From NCBI RefSeq assembly GCF_021497505.1, contig NZ_CP069349.1:2173780-2197779 (forward strand): a DNA stretch of 24,000 nucleotides. Reading direction: 5' to 3'. Position 1 is the stretch's first letter, and each line of letters begins with the position of its first letter. Of the stretch, positions 7,997-16,590 are shown one piece after another. The stretch is from Turicibacter sp. TJ11. GTDB lineage: Bacteria > Bacillota_I > Bacilli_A > MOL361 > Turicibacteraceae. The notes beneath the pieces are model-generated. The model was given only the letters and a program-made list of their open reading frames with translations, made no database searches and was not told the DNA's origin. A program made the position numbers and the translations under genes.

Positions 7997-8863
7997 ATGA
8001 CGAAGTTAATGGATGGAAAATTAGTTTCATCACAAATCAGAGCAGAAATTTCCCAGGAAACGGAAGAATTTATAAAAGAAATGGGGATCACACCTCATTT
8101 ACTTGTTATCATTGTTGGAAACGATCCAGCATCGATGACCTATGTAAAAAATAAGAAAAAAGCCTGTGAAGCCGTCGGCTTTAAGTCAACGGTCATTGAA
8201 TTGCCGGTTGAAACGACCGAGAATCATTTAATTGAATTAATTCAACAATTAAATGAAGATAACTCTGTTCATGGAATTTTAGTTCAACTGCCATTACCAA
8301 AACACATCAATGAAGAAAAAATTATCGAAATGATTTCTGTCAAAAAAGATGTCGATGGATTTCATCCGTATCAAGTAGGATGTTTAGTTTCGGGGATGGA
8401 TTGCTTAAAGCCATGTACTCCTTCAGGTGTCATCGAGTTATTAAAATATTATGATATTGAATTAAAAGGTCGTCACGCAGTTATCATCGGTCGTAGTCAT
8501 ATTGTTGGAAAACCATTAATTCAATTACTTTTAGATGAAAATGCGACGGTAACGATTTGTCATTCTCAAACGAAGGATTTATCTCAATTGACAAAATCAG
8601 CAGATATTTTAATTGTAGCGATTGGAAAACCTAACTTTATTAAAGCTGATATGGTAAAAGATCAAGCAGTTGTTGTAGATGTTGGGATTAATCGTCTAGA
8701 GACAGGGCGTTTAGTTGGGGATGTTGCATTTGATGAAGTCTCAACAAAAGCGAGTTATATGACACCAGTTCCAGGTGGAGTAGGGCCGATGACGATTACG
8801 ATGTTACTTCGTAATACGTTGAAGGCAGCAAAAGACTTACAGTCATCGAGCTTATCTATTTAA
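7997..8863 (+). CDS. folD: bifunctional methylenetetrahydrofolate dehydrogenase/cyclohydrolase
   Basis: Motifs YVKNKKKACE, GILVQLPLP, GRSHIVGKP and PVPGGVGPMT. RBS AAGGAGG upstream. Confidence 0.95.
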   Translation: MTKLMDGKLVSSQIRAEISQETEEFIKEMGITPHLLVIIVGNDPASMTYVKNKKKACEAVGFKSTVIELPVETTENHLIELIQQLNEDNSVHGILVQLPLPKHINEEKIIEMISVKKDVDGFHPYQVGCLVSGMDCLKPCTPSGVIELLKYYDIELKGRHAVIIGRSHIVGKPLIQLLLDENATVTICHSQTKDLSQLTKSADILIVAIGKPNFIKADMVKDQAVVVDVGINRLETGRLVGDVAFDEVSTKASYMTPVPGGVGPMTITMLLRNTLKAAKDLQSSSLSI

Positions 8864-8900
8864 AATCTTTTAGTTTTTATGAAATTTTAAACAATAAAAT

Positions 8901-8931
8901 AATAAAACCAGTCGAGTAGACTGGTTTTATT
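8901..8931. terminator. bidirectional terminator between folD and the TSCPD gene
   Basis: AAAACCAGTC-GAGTA-GACTGGTTTT flanked by A-rich and T-rich runs. Confidence 0.8.
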
Positions 8932-9175
8932 ATTGATTTAGATAGCTTTCAAGTGCTTGAGCTAACTGATCAGGACATGAAGTTTCTTTAGTTTTACATG
9001 AGATCCCCTTTAATTTAGCAATGGCAGTTTCTATCTCCATCTCTTTAACTAAATGAGTAATACCAATTAAATTTCCTGGACATCCTCCAATAAAGTTAAC
9101 ACTTTTAATTTTGTTGTCTTCAATATCAAATTGAATTTCTTTAGCGCATACGCCAGTAGTTTTAAAGGTTTGCAT
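8930..9175 (-). CDS. TSCPD-domain small protein (TIGR03905-like)
   Basis: 81 aa with the literal TSCPD motif (KETSCPDQLA) and GGCPGN. RBS AAGGAGGGAG upstream. Confidence 0.8.
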   Translation of the reverse strand: MQTFKTTGVCAKEIQFDIEDNKIKSVNFIGGCPGNLIGITHLVKEMEIETAIAKLKGISCKTKETSCPDQLAQALESYLNQ

Positions 9176-9211
9176 CTAACTCTCCCTCCTTTGCTTCCAT
9201 TAATTTGAAGT

Positions 9212-9240
9212 TATTATATCAACTAGGTTAAATGAAAACA
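9212..9240 (-). promoter_or_regulatory. sigma-A-type promoter for the TSCPD gene
   Basis: Minus strand reads TTGTTT, a 17-nt spacer, then TATAAT. Confidence 0.55.
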
Positions 9241-9276
9241 AGTAAATGAATGAATTGTGACCGCTTCCTTCTAGGT

Positions 9277-9305
9277 CTTGTTTTTTAATTAACTTCATTT
9301 TATAA
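9277..9305 (+). promoter_or_regulatory. sigma-A-type promoter driving a short terminated transcript
   Basis: TTGTTT (9277-9282), a 17-nt spacer, then TATAAT (9300-9305). Confidence 0.55.
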
Positions 9306-9311
9306 TGAGTA

Positions 9312-9417
9312 GTGAATAACTACAAAGTATTGGGCGATGAAGCGTGTGAGTTTTTGAGGTTAAGTGGTTATTTATTTGAGGAGCGGGTAGTGTTACGGTT
9401 TAACACTCCCTTTTTTA
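9312..9417 (+). ncRNA. candidate ~105-nt sRNA or attenuator upstream of lysS
   Basis: Bounded by the promoter above and a terminator at 9385-9416 (GGGTAGTGTTA/TAACACTCCC plus TTTTTT). It contains the hairpin GTAG-N7-CTAC. No T-box or L-box consensus is present. Confidence 0.35.
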
Positions 9418-9422
9418 TATGA

Positions 9423-11012
<1,590 letters not shown>

Positions 11013-11016
11013 TAAT

Positions 11017-11051
11017 AAAAAAGTTTAGGTTATTAGCCTAAACTTTTTTTA
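11017..11051 (+). terminator. intrinsic terminator after lysS
   Basis: AAAAAAGTTTAGG / CCTAAACTTTTTTT. Confidence 0.8.
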
Positions 11052-11233
11052 TTTTACTTTTAGTTTATCTTAAGGATAGAAAGGATGATAAAAGTATTCA
11101 TTTATCTCGTTATGTTATTAATTAATCACTCCTAAAATTTAGTTAACGGGTTACAGTAAAGGAATCCCTTTCATTTTATAAAGGATTGTGTTATTATGAG
11201 GCAAAACTTAGTAAAGTCTTAAGGGGGATTAGG

Positions 11234-11605
11234 ATGTTAGGTTTAGTTATTTTTCCAATCTTATTTTTTATCGTTGGTTTTTTATTTAAGGTCATCAGAC
11301 CATATTATACAAAAATAGAATTTGTTTTATTTAATGTCATTGTATCTGTGATCGCTTTAATCATAGCAAATGCATCCATGTTGTTTCTAACATTTTCATT
11401 TTTTGTTCAGATGATGTTTCTTCATGTAGGGATTTATTTGTTTTTTTCTTTTATGGGATTAGGGACACAAATCATTTATTCTTGGATGAAAGAAAGATTT
11501 CCTTTGATTAGTGGAATAACAGGTGGTCTGACGATGTTAGCTTTAGTCAGTGTGATGATGACAGCATGTTTTTCCATTCAATATCTTTTAACGTTAATTT
11601 ATTAG
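11234..11605 (+). CDS. hypothetical integral membrane protein (about 4 TM segments)
   Basis: RBS AAGGGGGA 5-6 nt upstream of ATG 11234, which I prefer to the ORF-track start at 11186. The protein is almost entirely hydrophobic helices. Confidence 0.6.
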   Translation: MLGLVIFPILFFIVGFLFKVIRPYYTKIEFVLFNVIVSVIALIIANASMLFLTFSFFVQMMFLHVGIYLFFSFMGLGTQIIYSWMKERFPLISGITGGLTMLALVSVMMTACFSIQYLLTLIY

Positions 11606-11685
11606 GAAATGAATATCGATTAATATTAGTCTGATAAAAACTTGTGGATAATTTGATTAAGATTAATGATTAGCAGATTTTATAG

Positions 11686-11711
11686 AACTCGGAAATATTT
11701 CGAGTTTTTTC
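11686..11711 (+). terminator. intrinsic terminator after the membrane protein gene
   Basis: AACTCGGAA-ATA-TTTCGAGTT followed by TTTTT. Confidence 0.6.
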
Positions 11712-11818
11712 TTTTGTTTAATGTGGAATCGGATACAATTGAAGTCAATGATTTTTCATTCTTATTTTAAAAGGACGAGAATATATTAGAAGTAGAGTTC
11801 ATTAATGGGGGGATCAAG

Positions 11819-13120
11819 GTGGCGTTAGATACAAATTTATCATTACGGCAATCAGTGATTTATCAGGTTTATAACCGAAATCATAATCATACTGGAACGT
11901 TTAGAGAACTAATTTATGATTTAAAGCGAATTAAAGAGCTAGGGGTAGACATTGTTTATTTATTGCCGATTCATCCAATTGGAAAGAAAGATAAAAAAGG
12001 TAGCTTAGGGTGCCCTTATTCTATACAAGATTATCGTGAAGTAAATCCTGAGTATGGAACGCTTGAAGATTTTAAAGACTTAATTAAAGCGACCCATGAA
12101 CATGGGATGAAATTAATGATTGATGTCGTTTATAACCATACTTCACGCGATTCCGTTTTATTAAAAACACATCCTGAGTGGTTTTATAAAAATGATGAAG
12201 GTGAGTTTGCGAATCGAATAGGTGATTGGTCTGATGTCACAGATTTAGACTATACGAAAGATGTTGCCTTATGGGATGAACTGATCGATATCTTAAAGTA
12301 TTGGGCAGCGCTTGGAGTGGATGGTTACCGTTGTGATGTCGCTTCTTTTATTCCAATCAAGTTTTGGATAAAGGCTCGAAGTGAGGTTGCTAAGATTAAT
12401 CCTGATTTTATTTGGTTAGCAGAGAGTGTCGATGGTGGATTTATTAAAGGCGTACGCTCATTAGGATATGAGGTTTGTAGCGACAGTGAGTTATATCAAG
12501 CATTTGATATTTGTTATGACTATGATGTTTATTGTTACTTTAAAGATTATCTATTAGGAAAATCATCTTTAGCTGAGTATGTGAAGCGAGTTCAACTACA
12601 AGAGTACATTTATCCAGGTAATTATGTAAAATTACGTTGTTTAGAAAATCATGATCAAGCACGTATTGCTTCGCTCGTTCAATCTAAAGAGCAATTAAAC
12701 ATGTGGACAGCCTTTAATTATTTACAAAAAGGTGCAACCATGATTTATGCAGGTCAAGAAGCGAGTTGTCAACATCAGCCAAGTCTATTTGATGTGGATA
12801 AAGTTGATTGGTCTCATTATAATGAAGCGGGAATGGCTGATTTAATGAAACAATTGGCTATCATCAAGAAAGATCCTGTCATGAGTGAGGGGTATTACGA
12901 AATTGAATTAGGTACGGTTGGTGATACTGTTTACTTAAGTTATGAAAGTTCTGTAAAACAACGACTTGCGATTTTTAATTTTAGTTTAAAAGCAGGAGAT
13001 CTTTTCATGGACGTAGCTGATGGTACGTATAAAAATTTACTCACTCAACAAGATGTTATCGTTAAAAATAAAACAGTCACTCTATCAAACGAACCGATTA
13101 TTTTTGATATTAATAAATAA
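11819..13120 (+). CDS. GH13 alpha-amylase-family glycosidase, cytoplasmic
   Basis: GH13 conserved regions DVVYNHT, GYRCDVA, WLAES and LENHD. No signal peptide. GTG start with RBS GGGGGGA upstream. Confidence 0.85.
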   Translation: MALDTNLSLRQSVIYQVYNRNHNHTGTFRELIYDLKRIKELGVDIVYLLPIHPIGKKDKKGSLGCPYSIQDYREVNPEYGTLEDFKDLIKATHEHGMKLMIDVVYNHTSRDSVLLKTHPEWFYKNDEGEFANRIGDWSDVTDLDYTKDVALWDELIDILKYWAALGVDGYRCDVASFIPIKFWIKARSEVAKINPDFIWLAESVDGGFIKGVRSLGYEVCSDSELYQAFDICYDYDVYCYFKDYLLGKSSLAEYVKRVQLQEYIYPGNYVKLRCLENHDQARIASLVQSKEQLNMWTAFNYLQKGATMIYAGQEASCQHQPSLFDVDKVDWSHYNEAGMADLMKQLAIIKKDPVMSEGYYEIELGTVGDTVYLSYESSVKQRLAIFNFSLKAGDLFMDVADGTYKNLLTQQDVIVKNKTVTLSNEPIIFDINK

Positions 13121-13146
13121 AATCTACTCTAGGAGTAGATTTTTTA
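13119..13146 (+). terminator. intrinsic terminator after the GH13 gene
   Basis: AAATCTACT-CTAGG-AGTAGATTTTTT. Confidence 0.8.
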
Positions 13147-13246
13147 TTTTTCTGTTAGATTTATAAAATTCGTTTGAATATTGTAAAACTGACAAATAGT
13201 TTTTATTAATTTAGAGTATCCTAATAGAAAAGATGAGTTAGGTGAA

Positions 13247-13786
13247 ATGATGAAACGTTTATTTATTGGTATAGGTTTTACAGATGAACTTAAAGATTAT
13301 TTTAAAGAACATCAACAAATCGTTGAAAAATATTGTGAAACTGCTAGATATACAGCATACGATAATTTTCATCTAACACTTAAATTTCTTGGGATGATGA
13401 ATGATTCAGATATTGTAAAAGTAATTGATGTGATGAAATCGATTAAGTTTGAAAAAATTTATCTGGTGTTTGATCATCTTGGTTATTTCAAAAAGAAGAA
13501 TCGATATATTGTGTATGTAGGTCCGGAGTCTAACGAAAAATTAACTCATTTAGCGAAAAATCTACAACTTGGCTTAGTTCAAGCCAATCTAGTGAAAGAT
13601 GAGGATTTTGTTTATCGCCCTCATGTCACCTTATGTAGAAATGCAAAATTACTCGCTTCACCTGACGAGTTATCACAAAAATTGAAAATCAAAAAGGAAG
13701 AAACGATTAATCATATGATTTTATATGAAAGTTTGAGTATTAATGGAAAATTAACGTATCAGCCATTATATATTTTGGAGGTATAA
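13247..13786 (+). CDS. thpR: 2H-superfamily RNA 2',3'-cyclic phosphodiesterase (ThpR/LigT-like)
   Basis: Both HxT/S motifs are present at the expected spacing (FHLTLKF and PHVTLCR). The size of 179 aa is typical. The start could be 13247 or 13250. Confidence 0.8.
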   Translation: MMKRLFIGIGFTDELKDYFKEHQQIVEKYCETARYTAYDNFHLTLKFLGMMNDSDIVKVIDVMKSIKFEKIYLVFDHLGYFKKKNRYIVYVGPESNEKLTHLAKNLQLGLVQANLVKDEDFVYRPHVTLCRNAKLLASPDELSQKLKIKKEETINHMILYESLSINGKLTYQPLYILEV

Positions 13787-13788
13787 AG

Positions 13789-14502
13789 ATGACAGAACAA
13801 GCAGGTTATTTAGAATTCATTGAGTCATTTAATCATATACATAAATATCTAAAGAAATATACCAATTCAGATGATAATGTCTCATTTAGCGATTTGCTTT
13901 ATAAAGCTAAGAAACATCCAATGATTCATCTTTATTTAGATGAGCTGCATTTATTCCGAAAATTACGTAATATTATTGTTCATCAAACGGATGATTTTGA
14001 ACAATTGATTGCTTATCCAAGCGATGAAGTCGTTGAGCGAATGAAATTTATTGAACAACAGCTAGTGGATCCTTCAACAGTGATTGTTTTTAAAACGGAA
14101 GTGATTAAATTTAATGCTGCTGATGCGATTGCGGATGTTTTAAAAGTTTCAGGAGAAAAAGAAATATTAAAACTTCCGATTTATGAAAATGATAAATTTG
14201 TGGGACTCGTTACTTCAAGAGGAATCGCAAAATGGTTACAAAAACATATTGAAAACAACACCATCGAGCTTTCAGGAAGTGTGAAAGATCTATTAGAATA
14301 TGAAAAAAAATCTCAGTATGAGTTTATCGCCCAATCTATGACTGTTTATGGAGCTTGGAATTTATTTCAATCCTCACCAAATAAATTAGATGCTTTATTA
14401 TTAACAGAAAGCGGTCGTCCAGATGATCGGATTGAAGCAGTAATTACGTATGATGATGTTTTAAAATACATTTATACACATGATCAATATGTGTTTAATT
14501 AA
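13789..14502 (+). CDS. HEPN-like (RNxxxH) N-terminal region fused to a CBS-domain pair
   Basis: The ATG is 2 nt after the thpR stop, with GGAGG inside the thpR 3' end. LRNIIVH (R60..H65) sits in a helical N-terminal 90 aa. Residues ~95-235 have a CBS-pair pattern (PIYENDKFVGLVTSRGIAKWL and AVITYDDVLKYI). Confidence 0.7.
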   Translation: MTEQAGYLEFIESFNHIHKYLKKYTNSDDNVSFSDLLYKAKKHPMIHLYLDELHLFRKLRNIIVHQTDDFEQLIAYPSDEVVERMKFIEQQLVDPSTVIVFKTEVIKFNAADAIADVLKVSGEKEILKLPIYENDKFVGLVTSRGIAKWLQKHIENNTIELSGSVKDLLEYEKKSQYEFIAQSMTVYGAWNLFQSSPNKLDALLLTESGRPDDRIEAVITYDDVLKYIYTHDQYVFN

Positions 14503-14511
14503 AGATATATA

Positions 14512-14555
14512 AGTGGCGATAAATTTTTCATTATTGAAAAAATTTTAACGCCACT
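14512..14555. other. long imperfect hairpin after the CBS gene, without a T-run
   Basis: AGTGGCG...CGCCACT enclose AAATTTTTC/GAAAAAATTT. It may act as a terminator or a stability element. Confidence 0.4.
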
Positions 14556-14607
14556 ATAGTTAGTCTTTATACCAATCAAATTAATCAACTAGGCCTGTTT
14601 TATTGTA

Positions 14608-14634
14608 TATGAAATCTTTTCCTCTTTATATATA
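14608..14634. repeat. degenerate solo copy of the IS630-type right inverted repeat
   Basis: TATGAAATCTTTTCCTCTTTATATATA matches TATGAAATACATTTCTGTTTCTATATA (17721-17747) at 21 of 27 positions by my alignment. It abuts the MITE left end. Confidence 0.4.
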
Positions 14635-14849
14635 TATAAGTCCAGATAAGTTTTTCATATCGGAAAACTTTTATGCCCTACTAACGGTAGATACATTTTC
14701 CTAGAAAATGGTAGGTGGCCTGTACCCTACCAAAGGAGGAGACATGCTGCGCATGGTAGGTGACCCCTGGACGATAGTCTACCTCAGTATTAAAGTAATT
14801 GTTTAACTAAGACTGACATACAATGATGAAATACATTTCTGTTTTTATA
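14635..14849. mobile_element. MITE (~215 bp) carrying the terminal inverted repeats of the neighbouring IS630-family element
   Basis: The left end TATAAGTCCAGATAAGTTTTTCATA matches the IS left IR at 20/25. The right end ATGAAATACATTTCTGTTTTTATA matches the IS right IR at 23/24. The arm-specific variants are preserved. TA flanks both ends (14633-14634 and 14850-14851). There is no transposase inside. Confidence 0.6.
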
Positions 14850-14851
14850 TA

Positions 14852-15094
14852 GACCATCACGCCTGGAGGGCACCACAATAAACGAAAATAAACGGTGCAT
14901 TGAATGTTATTTTTAGAATCGTCCACAATACGTTGTACAATCAAGGACGATGTTTCTTGGATCGAATAGACCGATATATAGACTGTCCTGACAACTTCTC
15001 TTTGAACCACATTTTGTCCCTGAGGACGCATAGTAGAATAACAATCATGAAGTTGATATTGTACGTCAATTATATTCAAAGGAGAATTTAAACG
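14852..15094 (+). ncRNA. candidate bridge/seek guide RNA region in the 5' non-coding arm of the IS110-family element
   Basis: The arm is non-coding and 243 nt long. Visible hairpins: GCACC...GGTGC, CGTCC[ACAA-TACG-TTGT]...GGACG, and GTCC-CTGA-GGAC. There are internal copies of the junction motifs (TATATAGAC and ATAGACC at 14966-14983). The assignment rests on family knowledge and not on a model fit. Confidence 0.3.
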
Positions 15095-16321
15095 ATGGAT
15101 GTTGTTTACCAAACGTGTTGTGGGATTGATGTGCACAAGATGAAATGGGTGGCTTGTTTGTGTAAAGGCCATAAGCAAGAAATCAAGGAGTTTAGTGCCA
15201 AAACAAAAGATATCAAAGCGATGGTTGATTGGCTTGAAGGAAACAAATGTGAAATGGTTGCGATGGAGTCGACTTCTGTTTATTGGAAACCTCTTGTCAA
15301 TATTTTTGAAATGCGCGGATTAAAGTATATGGTTGTTAATGCCAAAGACTTTAAAGCTGTTCCTGGCCGAAAGACAGATGTATTGGATAGTGCTTGGTTA
15401 GCTGATTTACTCCGTCACGGTTTACTTAAATCAAGTTTTATCCCAAGTCGTGAACAACGCGAATTAAGAGAAGCGACACGTTATCGGAAGGCAATAACTG
15501 AAGAAAGAGCCCGCGCCCTTAACAGGCTTCAAAAAATGTTAGAAGGTGCCAATATTAAAATCAGTTCGATTCTTTCAACGATAACAGGTAAAACAACCAT
15601 GAATCTATTAGATTATGTTTTAAACAATGATGAAATGATGGATGAAAAAACAGCTGAAACCTTAATAATCAGTCGGATATCAGCTTCTGTTAAAGAGGTG
15701 ACAGAGGCGATGGAAGGAATAATAACCCCTTTTCAAAAAACGATGATGAAACAAGTTCTCACACATCTTCGCGAATGATCCGAAAGAATTGAAGAGATGG
15801 ACATCATCATTGATACGTATATGGCAGAGTATTGGGAAGCCATTAAGAAACTTGAACAAATTCCTGGCATCGGAAAGAAGAGTGCAGAAATTATTTTAGC
15901 TGAAATTGGATTGGATATGAATCAGTTTCCCAGTGCAGGACATCTCGCTTCATGGGCAGGTGTAGCTCCTGGAAATAATGAAAGTGCGGGCAAAAGAAAA
16001 AGCGGGAAAACCCGCAAAGGAAACAAGATACTGACATCGACACTCGCTCAAGTTGCGAAATCAGCCTCTAAAAATAAAAATAGCTTTTTTCATGCCCAAT
16101 ATCAACGAATCGCTGTCAAAAGAGGAAAAAATAGAGCCACCTTAGCGGTCGCTCATTCTATTTTAATAGCCATCTATCATATGTTGAAAGATGGCCAGGA
16201 ATTTATTGATTTAGGATCCGACTACTACCATCAATTTAATACCGAGAAAAAAATTAACTCATACCTGAAAAAGTTAGCTGCTTTAGGATATAGAGTTGAT
16301 GAACATTCAACGGTAAAGTGA
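15095..16321 (+). pseudogene. IS110-family recombinase interrupted by a single in-frame TGA (15776-15778)
   Basis: The ORFs 15095-15778 and 15797-16321 are in the same frame, and 15779-15796 is also open. The N-terminal part has CCGIDVHK and AMESTSVYW. The C-terminal part has IPGIGKKSAEIILAEIG and the SGKTRKGNK tail. The combined length of ~408 aa is typical of the family. Confidence 0.85.
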
Positions 16322-16590
16322 GTCGGATAATTTATTATCGTAAAAAATAAGGAATTTAAAACAGCTAAAGACAAACAAATATTGTCGAAGGTCGCCTTTC
16401 TTTTGACGGTATTTTATGATAAGATTCGAGGCCTACAAGGGAGGTCTTTTCAAAGCTGCCTTCGTGGAGGGAGTTTGTATTTATTTTCATAGTAGAAGAT
16501 AAAATTTTAATTTGGAGATTATTTTTTTATTATGCATTTTTTTGAAGGATGATAAATATTATGACTTATATATAGAAACAGATAAGTTTT

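Larger units (their letters stand above)
14852..16568 (+). mobile_element. IS110-family element (boundaries approximate)
   Basis: The DEDD/RuvC-like N-terminal and Transposase_20-like C-terminal recombinase is flanked by ~240-bp non-coding arms. No terminal inverted repeats are visible, as expected for IS110. The element is bracketed by the MITE and the IS630 copy. Confidence 0.6.

Noticed and set aside
14807-15178. ORFs 14807-15178(-) and 14900-15091(+) in the 5' arm of the IS110-family element.
   Set aside because: Neither has an RBS, and their composition is odd. The first runs antisense across the recombinase start and into the MITE end. In this family this arm is expected to be non-coding RNA or promoter DNA.
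15776-15778. Genetic code 4 (TGA read as Trp) as the explanation for the in-frame TGA.
   Set aside because: All housekeeping genes in the window are full length under the standard code and use TGG for conserved Trp. TGA also serves as a genuine stop for the ECF sigma factor and both IS genes.
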